From assembly GCA_035534455.1 (NCBI GenBank), contig DATLRV010000022.1, positions 12,950 to 76,949 on the forward strand: a stretch of 64,000 bases of DNA, written 5' to 3'. Positions within the stretch are counted from its first letter, which is position 1, and every line of letters begins with the position of its first letter. The stretch comes from Acidimicrobiales bacterium. Lineage in GTDB: Bacteria > Actinomycetota > Acidimicrobiia > Acidimicrobiales > RAAP-2. The notes under the pieces are model-generated. The model had not been told where the DNA came from and did no database searches. It worked only from the letters and a program-made list of their open reading frames with translations. The position numbers and the translations under genes were made by a program. Shown piece after piece: positions 9,265-19,632 of this stretch.

Positions 9265-10124
9265 CGGCGGTTGCCGCTGGAGCGGGTCCGGCGGCGCGGG
9301 CGCCCGGACGCCGCCCGACGCTCGAGGTGGAGCGCCGCCTCTGGCGCGCGGGGCACCGGTGGGTGGCGGGCATCGACGAGGTGGGTCGTGGCGCGTGGGC
9401 GGGTCCGCTGAGCGTGGGCGTCGCGGTGGTGCACGCCGGCGTCCGCACCCGGAGCCTCCCGCACTGGTTGCGGGACTCAAAGATGCTGCCGGAGGAGCGC
9501 CGTGAGCTGGTGTTCGACGATGTCGCCCGTTGGTGCGCGGACGCGGCCGTCGGCCACGCGACGGCCGAAGAGTGCGACCGGTACGGCATGACGCGCGCCT
9601 GGCGCCTGGCGGCGCACCGGGCGCTCGGGTCGCTGGAGGTGGTTCCCGACGCGCTAGTCATCGACGGCCCGTACGACTTCCTGCGCGCACGGGTCCCGCA
9701 ACACGTCGCGTCGGACGGCGACGAGGCCGACGACAATGCGCTCCTCGACGTGCCGACGGTGCGCCAGGGCAGCTTCGACCTCGACGATGGGGCCGACGAT
9801 GGGGCGGCCGATGCGGCCGGCGAGAGCGGCGGGCCGGGTTCGCTCGATGACGAGTGCGAGCTCCCCTTCGCTCCGGTGCCCGCAACGGTCCTCACGATGG
9901 TCGGCGGCGACGCGCGCTGCGCCGCAGTGGCGGCCGCGTCGGTACTCGCCAAGGTCGTGCGGGACCGTTTGATGCGCGAGGAGTCCGTGCACTTCCCGCC
10001 CTACGGGTTCGACCGGAACAAGGGGTACCCGTCGCCCCACCACCAGATGGCGCTGCGGGGCTATGGGCTCTCGGCGATCCACCGGCGCAGCTGGGCGTTC
10101 GTGGCCGACCTTCCGTGGCGATGA
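9261..10124 (+). CDS. rnhB: Ribonuclease HII with acidic low-complexity insertion
   Basis: GIDEVGRGAWAGPL catalytic motif and C-terminal AAASVLAKVVRD...GFDRNKGYPSPHH...HRRSW. The GTG start overlaps the rpiB stop (GTGA at 9261-9264). Confidence 0.8.
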   Translation: MTAVAAGAGPAARAPGRRPTLEVERRLWRAGHRWVAGIDEVGRGAWAGPLSVGVAVVHAGVRTRSLPHWLRDSKMLPEERRELVFDDVARWCADAAVGHATAEECDRYGMTRAWRLAAHRALGSLEVVPDALVIDGPYDFLRARVPQHVASDGDEADDNALLDVPTVRQGSFDLDDGADDGAADAAGESGGPGSLDDECELPFAPVPATVLTMVGGDARCAAVAAASVLAKVVRDRLMREESVHFPPYGFDRNKGYPSPHHQMALRGYGLSAIHRRSWAFVADLPWR

Positions 10125-10206
10125 CGTCGACGCTCGGCGACGAGCTCGAGCGGCGGCACGGAACTGCGAGGTTCGGACGTCCGCCCTCGTAGGATAGGAC
10201 CCTCCG

Positions 10207-11151
10207 ATGGTCTATCTCCTCGCAGTGGGCGCTGCCATCGCCAACGCGATGACGAGCGTCCTCCAACGGATGGGGGTCGAGGACGCGCCGGAGTCGGACA
10301 CGCTCCGGCTCCGCCTCATCGCGCACGCGGTGCGCAACCGCGTCTGGCTCGCGGGCCTCGGGTTGATGGTGCTCTCGTTCGCCATGCAGGCGACGGCCCT
10401 CCACCTCGGCCGCCTCTCAGAAGTCCAGCCGATTCTCACGGCCGAGCTCCTCTTCCTGGTGGTCATCCTCGGGGTCTGGTTCCAGTTCTCGCTGGGATGG
10501 AAGGAGTGGCTCGGATCTGCGGCTGCGGCCCTCGGTCTCGCGGGGTTTCTCCTCTTCGCGGACCCGGGGCGCGGCAACGGGCGTCCCTCCGCGGTGGACT
10601 GGACCGAAGTGGGGATTGGCTGCGCGGTCGCGGTCGCTGCGGGCACCGTGCTCGCGCAGCGGGGCCCTCGCTGGTGGCGGGCGGCGAGCTTCGGATGGGC
10701 GGGCGCCGTCGCCTACGCGTTCGCTGCGGCGTGCACGAAGGAAGTCTCCGCGTTCGCGGCGCGGGACTGGGTGGCGATCTTCTGGCACTGGCAGACGTAC
10801 GCGCTCGCGGGCTCGGGGGCTGTCGCCGTGTTCCTCGCGCAGAACGCGTACCACGCCGGTCCGATCGCTGCGTCGCAATCGTCGCTCGTCCTCGTCGACC
10901 CGCTCGCAAGCATTCTGATCGGCATCGTCCTGTTCAATGACGACCTCCGCACCCGGGGAGCCTGGGGCCCCCTCGAGGCGCTCTCGTTGCTGGTGCTCTT
11001 CGCCGGAGGGGTGCTGCTCAGCCATTCTCCGCTGATCACCGGGGTCGGTTCAGGCGACGCGGCCGAGGGCGATCGCCTGCGGCCGCGCTTTCGGCGCCGC
11101 TTGACCGCCGCGGGCCCCGAGACGGCGTCCAGCTTCCGTCCCGGCTCCTGA
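10207..11151 (+). CDS. Multi-pass membrane protein, DMT-superfamily-like transporter
   Basis: 314 aa with about 9-10 hydrophobic segments and high GC3. Family call is tentative. Confidence 0.6.
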   Translation: MVYLLAVGAAIANAMTSVLQRMGVEDAPESDTLRLRLIAHAVRNRVWLAGLGLMVLSFAMQATALHLGRLSEVQPILTAELLFLVVILGVWFQFSLGWKEWLGSAAAALGLAGFLLFADPGRGNGRPSAVDWTEVGIGCAVAVAAGTVLAQRGPRWWRAASFGWAGAVAYAFAAACTKEVSAFAARDWVAIFWHWQTYALAGSGAVAVFLAQNAYHAGPIAASQSSLVLVDPLASILIGIVLFNDDLRTRGAWGPLEALSLLVLFAGGVLLSHSPLITGVGSGDAAEGDRLRPRFRRRLTAAGPETASSFRPGS

Positions 11152-11168
11152 CGAGCCTGCGGCCCCCT

Positions 11169-11253
11169 GAACAGCTCAGCTGGCCGAACAGCTCAGCTGG
11201 CTGAACAGCTCAGCTGGCCGAACAGCTCAGCTGGCCGAACCGCTCAGCCGGCG
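11169..11253. repeat. 17-bp tandem repeat x5 (GAACAGCTCAGCTGGCC, contains CAGCTG)
   Basis: Units at 11169-11185, 11186-11202 (1 mismatch), 11203-11219, 11220-11236 and 11237-11253 (3 mismatches). Intergenic, and the unit length is not a multiple of 3. Confidence 0.9.
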
Positions 11254-11435
11254 GCGCTCTCCCCCCATCGCCCGGCCCGCCTGCGGTGCTCCTCGACCGC
11301 GACGGCGCGCCGTCCGCGCAACCTTTCCGTCGACTCCGCCTCCCTTTCCGTCCGCTCCGTCCTCTCGGCTCTCGCGTCAGCGGCGCGGCGCCGCTGCCCT
11401 GGTGCGACGTGTCCGGCCCACGCGGGGTTGCCAAG

Positions 11436-11875
11436 ATGACCGCCATGGCGCTCCAAGGGGTCGAGATCCGGCTGGAGGACATCACGAGTGCGACGATCGA
11501 CACCATCGTCGACGGGCTCTCGTCGTCCAATGCCGGCCGAGCCGACCTGCGCGACGAATGGGCATGGTAGGAGCTCGCGATCGTGGCCCGCCGCGACGGG
11601 GACGTCGTCGGTGGCGCCGTCGGCCGCACGGGGTGGGCGTGGCTCTACGTGGCCCGGCTGTGGGTGGCCGAGGACCTGCGCGGTGCCGGCTTGGGGACGC
11701 GCCTCATGGTGGAGATCGAGGCCCCGGCACGCGAGCGGGGCTGCGTCGGTGCGTGGCTGGACACCTTCAGCTTCCAGGCACGCCCGTTCTCGAGCGGCTC
11801 GGGTACCGGCAGTTCGGCGAGCTTCGTGACTTCCCACCGGGCCACTCCCGGCATTTCTTGTCGAAGACGTGGTGA
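11436..11875 (+). pseudogene. GNAT N-acetyltransferase disrupted by an in-frame TAG and a -1 frameshift
   Basis: The GNAT core (GWAWLYVARLWVAEDLRGAGLGTRLM...GAWLDTFSFQARPF) is interrupted by TAG at 11568-11570. The conserved C-terminus (Y)ERLGYRQFGELRDFPPGHSRHFLSKTW continues in another frame from about 11790. Confidence 0.6.
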
Positions 11876-11950
11876 GCGAGCACCGGGCTACTCGCGGACG
11901 CACGTCGCGTCCAGCAGTGACCGTGCGGGCACATCCGGAGGGAGGGTGAG

Positions 11951-12760
11951 GTGAGGGAGCAACGGCTCGTCTTCGGGGAGGAACCGGAGCTCTACGACCG
12001 GGCGCGCCCGGGCTACAGCGACGCGATGGTGGCCGACGTGCTCATCTTCGGCGATCTCGACCCCCGGGCCAGCCGTGCGCTCGAGATCGGCGCAGGGACG
12101 GGCAAGGCGACCGTCGCCTTCGCGCGCAGCGGGTTGCGGGTGCACGCGCTCGAGCCGGACCCCGCCATGGCCGCGGTCGCCGAGCGGAACTGCCGGGAGT
12201 ACCCCGACGTCGACGTCGAGGTCACCTCGTTCGAGGACTGGGCACGCGGCGACGGAGCGTTCGACCTCGTCTTCTCGGCCCAGGCGTGGCACTGGCTCCG
12301 CCCCGAGGTGCGCTGCACCCTGGCGGCGGCGGCGCTCGTGCCCGAGGGCACGCTGGCGCTTCTGTGGCACCGGGTCCGCTGGACCGCCGGGGACCCCGTG
12401 CGAGCGGCGCTCGACCATTGCTACCGGACGTGTGCGCCGGGCTTGTACGAGCGCGGCCCCGGGTTCCCCGGGCTCACCCCGAGCGGTCTCGACGAGCGGA
12501 CGCAGCGCGAGCTCACCGAGCTCGCGGGCGGTCCCTTCGTGGACGTCACGATCCACGAGCACCCGTGGACGCAGTCGTTCGACGCTGCCGGGTACGTCGA
12601 CCGGCTGCGGACCCAGTCCGACCATCGCCTCCTGCCGCCAGACGAGCTCGCGCGCTTGCTGGAGGCCGTCGACGGGGTGGTCGCCGCCAACGGCGGCACG
12701 GTGACGGTCCCGCACTCCACCCTGCTCGTGCTCGCCCACCGATCGGCTGCGCGCGCGTGA
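11951..12760 (+). CDS. Class I SAM-dependent methyltransferase
   Basis: Motif I ALEIGAGTGKAT followed by LEPDPAM. 269 aa. Confidence 0.75.
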   Translation: MREQRLVFGEEPELYDRARPGYSDAMVADVLIFGDLDPRASRALEIGAGTGKATVAFARSGLRVHALEPDPAMAAVAERNCREYPDVDVEVTSFEDWARGDGAFDLVFSAQAWHWLRPEVRCTLAAAALVPEGTLALLWHRVRWTAGDPVRAALDHCYRTCAPGLYERGPGFPGLTPSGLDERTQRELTELAGGPFVDVTIHEHPWTQSFDAAGYVDRLRTQSDHRLLPPDELARLLEAVDGVVAANGGTVTVPHSTLLVLAHRSAARA

Positions 12761-13398
12761 GCGGTGGCGGGCCGGCGTTCGCGGAAGATCCTTCGACGCA
12801 GCGGTACTACGACCAGCGGGCCGGCGAGTACGACGAGTGGTACCTGGGCGAAGGGCTGTTCGCCGAGCGCGACCGCCCGGGCTGGCACGAGGAGCTCCAA
12901 CGCCTCGAGCGCCTCTTGGAGGCACTCGAGCCCGGGACGACCCTCGACGTCGCGTGCGGGACGGCGTTCCTCAGTCGCCACCTCCCGGGCGGGGTGCTCG
13001 GGCTGGACCGCAGCCCCGCCATGGTCAGCATCGCCCGTGGACGGCTCGGCCGCGCGGCGGTCGCCGACGCGCTCGCGCTCCCCGTCGCCGCCGGCTCGGT
13101 GACGAGGGTGTTCACCGCCCACTTCTACGGGCACCTCCCGCCAGAAGAGCGCGCACGGTTCCTCGCGGAGGTCCGCCAGGTCGCCGTCGAGCTCGTCGTC
13201 GTCGACACCGCGACCAGGCCGGGGTGTCCCGCCGAGATGGTGCAAGAACGGGTCCTCAACGACGGGTCTCGCCATCGCGTCTTCAAGCGATTCCTCTCCG
13301 CGGGGCAGCTCGCCGACGAGATTGGCGGCTCGGCGCTCTTCGACGGGCGCTGGTTCGTCGCGGCTCAGACGAGGTTTGACGGGGTGCCGAGGCGCTGA
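12757..13398 (+). CDS. Class I SAM-dependent methyltransferase (second, tandem)
   Basis: Motif I LDVACGTAFLS and GLDRSPAMV. The GTG start overlaps the upstream stop (GTGA at 12757-12760). Confidence 0.75.
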   Translation: MSGGGPAFAEDPSTQRYYDQRAGEYDEWYLGEGLFAERDRPGWHEELQRLERLLEALEPGTTLDVACGTAFLSRHLPGGVLGLDRSPAMVSIARGRLGRAAVADALALPVAAGSVTRVFTAHFYGHLPPEERARFLAEVRQVAVELVVVDTATRPGCPAEMVQERVLNDGSRHRVFKRFLSAGQLADEIGGSALFDGRWFVAAQTRFDGVPRR

Positions 13399-13416
13399 CG
13401 CCAGAGCGCCCAGTGG

Positions 13417-14595
13417 TCAGTGGGCACTCAGCGCGAGGAGCGCGAGGACCATGGACACGGGCACCACGAGGACGCCGACGGCGGAGTAGCGCCGGGCGCT
13501 CGGGCGCGCGCCGGCGACGTGCGCCACCTGCAGCCACAGCACGGCCGACAGTGCGCCGCTCACCGCAAGGTTCGGGCCGAGGTCGAGGCCGACGAGGAGC
13601 GCGTGCGGCTGCGCGAGCGGGCGGGCGGCGAGGAGCGATGCGGCGGGAAGGTTGTTGACGGCGACGCTGGCGACGGCTCCGACGACGGCGGTCACGGCGC
13701 TCGACGCATGCGACAGGAGGTGCGAGGGACCGGACCAGACGCGCCCGAGCGTGCCGAGGTCGACCGCCACGGCGAAGAGCCCGCAGAGAAGGGGAGCATT
13801 GACCGTCCGGCGGACCTCGCGAGCGTGCAACCGCCCCCGTCCCAGTGCCCACGCGGTCGCGCAGAGCCCCACCACGAGCGCGGCGATCGCCTCCCACGAT
13901 GGCGCGAGCACGAGGGTCGCGACGACCACTGCGCAGATGCCTGCGAGCCCTGCACCCGCGCGCCACTCGACGGGTTCGCCGAGACGAGGCCCGCAGACGC
14001 CGAGCTGACGCCACCACACCACGGCGACCACCGCGGCGACGCCGACGATCGAGGCGACCCAGGGAAGCGCCATCGATGCCGCGAACGCCCCGCCGGACTG
14101 GTGCACGCGGCCGAGCACGATGAGGTTGGTGAGGTTCGAGCCGGGCAGGAGGAGCGACGCGCCGTTCACGAGGAAGACGGCGAGGTAGAGGAACGGCGTC
14201 TCGTCCGTCTGCCGCCGACGCGAGGCCACGACGACGACCGGGGTGAGGAACGCCACTGCAGTGTCGAGGTTCAGGACCGCCGTGACGACGGCGATGAGCA
14301 CGGTCGCAGCGACGAACAGCGAGCGTCCGCCACGTGCGAGGTCTGCCATGACCGTACCGGCGGCGTCGAACAGACCGTCGGTCCTGGCGACCAGGCCGAG
14401 CGCGAGCAGGCCTGCGACCAGCACGAACGGGGGCCAGTCCTGCGAGGCGGCACCGCCGACCGCGTGGGCGTCCAGCACGAGCGCCGCGGCGAGAGCGGGC
14501 AGCGCGATCCCCGTGAGGACCCACCCCGCCCGCCGCAGGACGTAGGGTGGCTCGCCGGCCCCCGCCAGCGGTGCCGAGAGGCTGCCCGCGCTCAC
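13417..14595 (-). CDS. ArsB/NhaD-superfamily (SLC13-like) anion permease
   Basis: 392-aa polytopic membrane protein. LLLPGSNLTNLIVLG motif resembles the ArsB/citrate-transporter family. Confidence 0.65.
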   Translation of the reverse strand: MSAGSLSAPLAGAGEPPYVLRRAGWVLTGIALPALAAALVLDAHAVGGAASQDWPPFVLVAGLLALGLVARTDGLFDAAGTVMADLARGGRSLFVAATVLIAVVTAVLNLDTAVAFLTPVVVVASRRRQTDETPFLYLAVFLVNGASLLLPGSNLTNLIVLGRVHQSGGAFAASMALPWVASIVGVAAVVAVVWWRQLGVCGPRLGEPVEWRAGAGLAGICAVVVATLVLAPSWEAIAALVVGLCATAWALGRGRLHAREVRRTVNAPLLCGLFAVAVDLGTLGRVWSGPSHLLSHASSAVTAVVGAVASVAVNNLPAASLLAARPLAQPHALLVGLDLGPNLAVSGALSAVLWLQVAHVAGARPSARRYSAVGVLVVPVSMVLALLALSAH

Positions 14596-15569
14596 CGCCG
14601 GCCCGGCTCGCGCGGCACCTCGCGGTCGCGGCCCGTCGGGTCCTCTCTCTCGCCGTCGCCTCCCTCGGGGCCCTCGCTTTCGCCGCCGCCGTCGCCGTCG
14701 CCATCGGTCGCGGACGAGGCGAGCGCCACCACCTCGAGCACCAGCGACGCGAACGCGTCGGGATGGCTGAGGTGCGCGCCGTGGCCGGCGTCGTCGATGG
14801 TCGAGCGGCGTACCGAGGCGCCATGCGCGGCGAGCCAGTCGGCGGTGTCACGGTGGTGGGCGAAGCTGGCAGGGCCGCCCGAGCAGACGATCGTCGGCAC
14901 CGACAGGCCAGTGACGTCGAAGGGCACACCGGCCCGGATCGCACGCAGATCGGCGAGCAGCGCCGGACCGTCGGCGCGCCGTCCTTCGCGCTGCTCCTCG
15001 CCGAGCCGCTCCCACGCCGCGTCGCTCACCATGCGGCGAAAGAAGCGCTCGGCCTCTCCGCCGGGATCGGCGGCTTCTTGCCCGACCGGTGACGCGTGGG
15101 TCCCGCGGCGATAGAAGCCGAGCCAGGGCATGGATGGCTCGTAGGCCCCGATCGCCGCGAAGCGCGTCGGTGCGGAGATCGCCGCCGAGAGGACGATGGT
15201 CGCGCCCACGCTGTGGCCGACGGCGACGACGACGGACCCCTTGACGCGGTGCTCGGCATATGCGGTCGCGACCCCGAGGAGGTCCTGTACGTGCACGGCA
15301 AGGTCGTCGGAGACCCCAGCGCCGCGCGACCCCTGGTACCCGCGGCGGTCGTAGGTCACGACACCGATGGCCCCGAGCCGCCGCGCGACGCGGCCGAAGC
15401 TGCGGCCGCGGTCCAAAGAGCCGTGGACGAGGAGGGCGAGGGGGCGACCGTGTCCCCACCCCCCGGTCGGCGGCTGCTCGGTCACCTCGAGCCCTTCGGG
15501 AATCCCCGGCACGGTCGAGGGGTCGCCGGCGCGCCGCTCGTCACCGGCAGTGTTGGGGATGACGCTCAC
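14592..15569 (-). CDS. Alpha/beta hydrolase with acidic Gly/Asp/Glu-rich C-terminal tail
   Basis: LLVHGSLDRG and the nucleophile elbow VGHSVGA. The stop overlaps the downstream permease start (ATGA at 14592-14595). Confidence 0.75.
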   Translation of the reverse strand: MSVIPNTAGDERRAGDPSTVPGIPEGLEVTEQPPTGGWGHGRPLALLVHGSLDRGRSFGRVARRLGAIGVVTYDRRGYQGSRGAGVSDDLAVHVQDLLGVATAYAEHRVKGSVVVAVGHSVGATIVLSAAISAPTRFAAIGAYEPSMPWLGFYRRGTHASPVGQEAADPGGEAERFFRRMVSDAAWERLGEEQREGRRADGPALLADLRAIRAGVPFDVTGLSVPTIVCSGGPASFAHHRDTADWLAAHGASVRRSTIDDAGHGAHLSHPDAFASLVLEVVALASSATDGDGDGGGESEGPEGGDGEREDPTGRDREVPREPGRR

Positions 15570-15663
15570 GCGATCACGGACCCTAACCGGGCGCCGCGGC
15601 GATTCCTTGTGTGCCGCCGCGTTCGAAGCCAGGGGTCCTCAGGCACGCCGATAGGGTTGGGGC

Positions 15664-18600
15664 GTGACAGCGCCTGGACAAGACGACCCCCGACGCGCGA
15701 CGTCCGTGCCCGCGCATCGCCCGTCGGACGGCGCCTTCGGGCCAAACGCCTGGCTCGTCGACGACATGTACGACCGGTACCTGGCGGACCCGAGCTCCGT
15801 CTCGGAGAGCTGGCGCGACTTCTTCGCCGACTACCGGCCCGCCACCGTGCCGGCACCGATGGACGCGCTGGCGGCCGAGATCGCCGCTCGCGGCCTCGAG
15901 CGGGAAGACCTCCCCGCTCAGGGGGGCGCGCAAGGGGCCGGGCTGTCCGACGGCCACGCCGGCGCCCCCGCCCCTTGGGGAGGGGCGGTGACCACGGACG
16001 CCGGGCGCTCCGCGCCGGCAGCGGTCGCTCAGCCGGCAACGACCGCCCAGCCGGCAGCGCCCCCGACGACGCCGCGCCCTGCGACCACGCCGCGCCGCCC
16101 TGCGACCATCGCGCTGCCCGAGGGGGGCGGCTCTGCCGGGCCCGGCGAGGGCGAGCAGCAGGAGGGCGACCAGACCGTGCCGCTGCGCGGCGCGGCGTCC
16201 CGGATCGCGGCGAACATGACGGCGAGCCTCGCCGTGCCGACCGCCACGAGCGTACGGACCGTCCCGGCACGCCTCCTCGAGGTCAACCGCCAGATCCTCA
16301 ACAACCAGTTGGCGCGGACGACCGGTGCCAAGGTGAGCTTCACCCACCTCATCGGCTTCGCCGTGGTCCGCGCACTCCGGGGGGTCCCCGCACTCAACTC
16401 GACCTACGTCGAGGAGCCGAGCGACGGCGGGCGTCGTGCCGCCGGCGTGGTGCGGCACGCGCACGTCGGGCTGGGCCTGGCGGTGGACGTCCAGCGCCCC
16501 GACGGCACCCGCACCCTCATGGTCCCTTGTGTAAAGCACGCCGACACCCTGGACTTCCGGGAGTTCGTCCTTGCCTACGAGGAGCTGGTCCGCAAGGTGC
16601 ACGCCGGGAAGGCGAACCCGGACGACTTTGCCGGCGTGACGGTGAGCCTGACCAACCCCGGGACGCTCGGCACCGTCCAGTCCGTGCCGCGGCTGATGCC
16701 CGGGCAGGGGGCGATCGTCGGCGTCGGGGCGATCTCGCACCCCTCCGGGTTCGAGGCCGCAGATCCTCAGATGCTTGCCGAGCTCGGCGTCGGGCGCGTC
16801 GTGACCCTCACCTCCACCTACGACCACCGGATCATCCAGGGCGCGGAGTCGGGCCTCTTCCTCGCGTACGTCGCGGAGTGCCTCACGGGGGGCCACGCCT
16901 TCTACGACGAGGTCTTCGAGGCGATGGCGGTGCCGTACAAGGCGGTGCGCTGGCACGTGGACCGGTCGGCGACCGGCGACAAGGACCACGAGCGCCTTCT
17001 CAAGCAGGTCCACGTCCAGACCTTGATCAACATGTACCGCGTGCGCGGTCACCTGATCGCCCACCTCGACCCGCTCGACGCCGAACCGCCCCGGATCCAC
17101 CCCGAGCTCGACCCGCTCACCTACGGACTCACCATCTGGGACCTGTCGCGCCGTTTCGTCGCCGACGGGCTCGCCGGGCACGACTGGGCGACCCTCGACC
17201 AGATTCTCCACATCCTGCGCGACGCCTACTGCCGGACGCTCGGCATCGAGTACATGCACATCCAGGACCCCGCGCAGAAGCGATGGATCCAAGAGCACGT
17301 GGAGGGCGTGGATCGCGCGGTCGGTGCGCAGGAGCAGCGGCACATCCTGGAGCGTCTGAACGCCGCCGAGGTCTTCGAGCGCTTCCTGCACAGCCGCTAC
17401 GTCGGCCAGAAGCGATTCGGGCTGGAAGGGGCCGAGTCGCTCATCGTGGTGCTCGACACGCTGCTCGACGACGCGGCGCGCGGCGGGGCCCTGGAGGTGG
17501 TCATGGGCATGGCGCACCGTGGCCGGCTCAACGTGCTCGCCAACATCGTGGGCAAGTCCTACCGGGACATCTTCGAGGAGTTCGAGGGCATCTTGGACCC
17601 GGACTCGGTGCAGGGGTCGGGCGACGTCAAGTACCACAAGGGGGCGACCGGCAAGTTCTGCGGGCCGTCGGGGCTCGAGCTCGCCGTCACGATGTCGTCC
17701 AACCCGTCGCACCTCGAGGCCGTCGACCCGGTCGTCGTGGGCATGGCGCGCGCGAAGCAGGACCAATTCCTGTCGCCGACCGACGGCACGCCGCATGGGC
17801 TGGCCGCGCAGGGGACGATCCAGTTCCCGATCCTCCCGGTGCTCATCCACGGGGACGCAGCGTTCGCAGGGCAGGGGGTGGTGGCCGAGACGCTCAACCT
17901 CTCCGCCCTCTCCGGCTACCGGGTCGGTGGCACGGTGCACGTCGTCGTCAACAACCAGCTCGGGTTCACCACCGCGCCCGGCGCCGCCCGCAGCTCGGTC
18001 TATCCGACCGACGTGGCCAAGATGGTGCAGGCGCCGATCTTCCACGTGAACGGCGACGACCCCGAAGCCTGCATGCGGGCCGCCAGGCTGGCGTTCGCGT
18101 TCCGCCAGGAGTTCCACAAGGACGTCGTGATCGACCTGGTGACCTACCGGCGTCACGGGCACAACGAAGGGGACGACCCGAGCTACACCCAGCCCCTCAT
18201 GTACCAACGCATCGACGCCAAGCGGTCGGTGCGCAAGCTCTACACCGAGACCCTCGTGCGCCGCGGCGACATCACCCTGGAGGAGGCGGAGCAGGCGCTC
18301 GACGCCTTCAACCAGCAGCTGCAGGCAGTGCTCGACGAGGTTCGTGCGGCACCGCCACCCGCAAGGGAGCTCGGCCAGAAGTCCGAGAACGGCAGCCCCG
18401 CCGACGCGGTGCCGGACGTGCCTGCGGTCGAGACCGGGGTCGACCGTCAGCTCCTCGTCCAGCTCGCGCGCCGGACGATGACGGTGCCCGATTCCTTCAC
18501 CCTCCACCCGAAGCTCGTGCGCCAGTTCGCCCATCGCGCCGAGCTCGTCTCGTCGGGGCACGTCGACTGGCCGCTCGCCGAGCAGCTCGCGATCGGTTCG

Positions 18601-19629
18601 TTGCTGGCCGAGGGCGTGGACGTGCGCCTGACCGGGCAGGACACCCGGCGCGGCACGTTCAGCCAGCGCCACGCCGTTCTCGTCGACTACCAGAACGGTC
18701 ACGAGTTCGTGCCGCTCGCACATCTCGCGGACCTCTCCGAGTCCGAGCGTGGGCGGCCGGGACGCTTTACCGTGCGCGACTCCCTTTTGTCGGAGTACGC
18801 GGCCGTCGGCTTCGAGTACGGCTATTCGGTGGAGTCTCCCGACGCACTCGTCGCGTGGGAAGCGCAGTTCGGGGACTTCGTGAACGGGGCCAGCATCATC
18901 ATCGACAACTTTCTGGTCGCCGCCGAGGACAAGTGGGGTCAACACGCCGGGCTCGTGCTCCTCCTCCCACACGGGTACGAGGGCCAGGGGCCCGAGCACT
19001 CCTCGGCGCGGATCGAACGTTTCCTGACTCTCTCGGCACGCGGCAACCTCCGGATCGTCGTGCCGTCGACGGCTGCGCAGTACTTCCACCTCCTCCGCTC
19101 GCAGCCCGTGCGCATGCCCGCGACGCCGCTCGTCGTCATCACGCCGAAGTCCCTGCTCCGCGCGACGCAGTCGCGGTCGTCCCTCGGCGACCTCACGTCC
19201 GGGTCCTTCGCCGAGGTCCTCGACGACCCGTCCGTTGCGGATCCCGCCGGGGTGCGGAGGATCGTGCTCACCAGCGGGAAGGTCGCCCACGAGGCCATGC
19301 AGCGGAGGGACGAGCGAGTAGGCGACGGAGCGGCCGGCGAGACGGGCGACATCGCCGTGGTCCGCGTCGAGCAGCTCTACCCGTGGCCCGAGCGCCGGCT
19401 CGCCGACGTGCTGGCCCGCTACCCCGCGGCCGCCGAAGTCGTCTGGCTCCAAGAGGAGCCCGAGAACATGGGAGCATGGTCCTTCGTGCACGCCAGGCTG
19501 CACAGGATCCTCCGTGACCGCTACACGCTCCTCCACGTGAGTCGCCCCGAGTCCGCGAGCCCGGCGACCGGGAGCGGCGCGCTCCACCAGCTCGAACAGG
19601 CGTCCCTCCTTGACCATGCGATCGGCTGA
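15664..19629 (+). CDS. kgd: Multifunctional 2-oxoglutarate dehydrogenase/decarboxylase (E1 fused to E2-like acyltransferase domain)
   Basis: 1321 aa. N-terminal [29 protein letters not shown], a P/A/T-rich linker, the succinyltransferase-like motif [11 protein letters not shown], then a full E1o region. Confidence 0.95.
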   Translation: MTAPGQDDPRRATSVPAHRPSDGAFGPNAWLVDDMYDRYLADPSSVSESWRDFFADYRPATVPAPMDALAAEIAARGLEREDLPAQGGAQGAGLSDGHAGAPAPWGGAVTTDAGRSAPAAVAQPATTAQPAAPPTTPRPATTPRRPATIALPEGGGSAGPGEGEQQEGDQTVPLRGAASRIAANMTASLAVPTATSVRTVPARLLEVNRQILNNQLARTTGAKVSFTHLIGFAVVRALRGVPALNSTYVEEPSDGGRRAAGVVRHAHVGLGLAVDVQRPDGTRTLMVPCVKHADTLDFREFVLAYEELVRKVHAGKANPDDFAGVTVSLTNPGTLGTVQSVPRLMPGQGAIVGVGAISHPSGFEAADPQMLAELGVGRVVTLTSTYDHRIIQGAESGLFLAYVAECLTGGHAFYDEVFEAMAVPYKAVRWHVDRSATGDKDHERLLKQVHVQTLINMYRVRGHLIAHLDPLDAEPPRIHPELDPLTYGLTIWDLSRRFVADGLAGHDWATLDQILHILRDAYCRTLGIEYMHIQDPAQKRWIQEHVEGVDRAVGAQEQRHILERLNAAEVFERFLHSRYVGQKRFGLEGAESLIVVLDTLLDDAARGGALEVVMGMAHRGRLNVLANIVGKSYRDIFEEFEGILDPDSVQGSGDVKYHKGATGKFCGPSGLELAVTMSSNPSHLEAVDPVVVGMARAKQDQFLSPTDGTPHGLAAQGTIQFPILPVLIHGDAAFAGQGVVAETLNLSALSGYRVGGTVHVVVNNQLGFTTAPGAARSSVYPTDVAKMVQAPIFHVNGDDPEACMRAARLAFAFRQEFHKDVVIDLVTYRRHGHNEGDDPSYTQPLMYQRIDAKRSVRKLYTETLVRRGDITLEEAEQALDAFNQQLQAVLDEVRAAPPPARELGQKSENGSPADAVPDVPAVETGVDRQLLVQLARRTMTVPDSFTLHPKLVRQFAHRAELVSSGHVDWPLAEQLAIGSLLAEGVDVRLTGQDTRRGTFSQRHAVLVDYQNGHEFVPLAHLADLSESERGRPGRFTVRDSLLSEYAAVGFEYGYSVESPDALVAWEAQFGDFVNGASIIIDNFLVAAEDKWGQHAGLVLLLPHGYEGQGPEHSSARIERFLTLSARGNLRIVVPSTAAQYFHLLRSQPVRMPATPLVVITPKSLLRATQSRSSLGDLTSGSFAEVLDDPSVADPAGVRRIVLTSGKVAHEAMQRRDERVGDGAAGETGDIAVVRVEQLYPWPERRLADVLARYPAAAEVVWLQEEPENMGAWSFVHARLHRILRDRYTLLHVSRPESASPATGSGALHQLEQASLLDHAIG

Positions 19630-19632
19630 CGG

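Noticed and set aside
5871-11253. Whether the 17-bp arrays at 5871-5938 and 11169-11253 could be CRISPR arrays.
   Set aside because: The repeats are directly contiguous with no spacers, there are only 4-5 units of 17 bp, and no cas genes are present.
11583-11954. Treating the frame-0 ORF 11583-11954 as an intact shorter acetyltransferase whose stop overlaps the next gene start.
   Set aside because: Its last ~55 residues (SSGSGTGSSASFVTSHRATPGISCRRRGE...) replace the conserved GNAT C-terminus, which is plainly encoded in another frame. The N-terminal part of the fold lies upstream of the TAG. A pseudogene reading is preferred.
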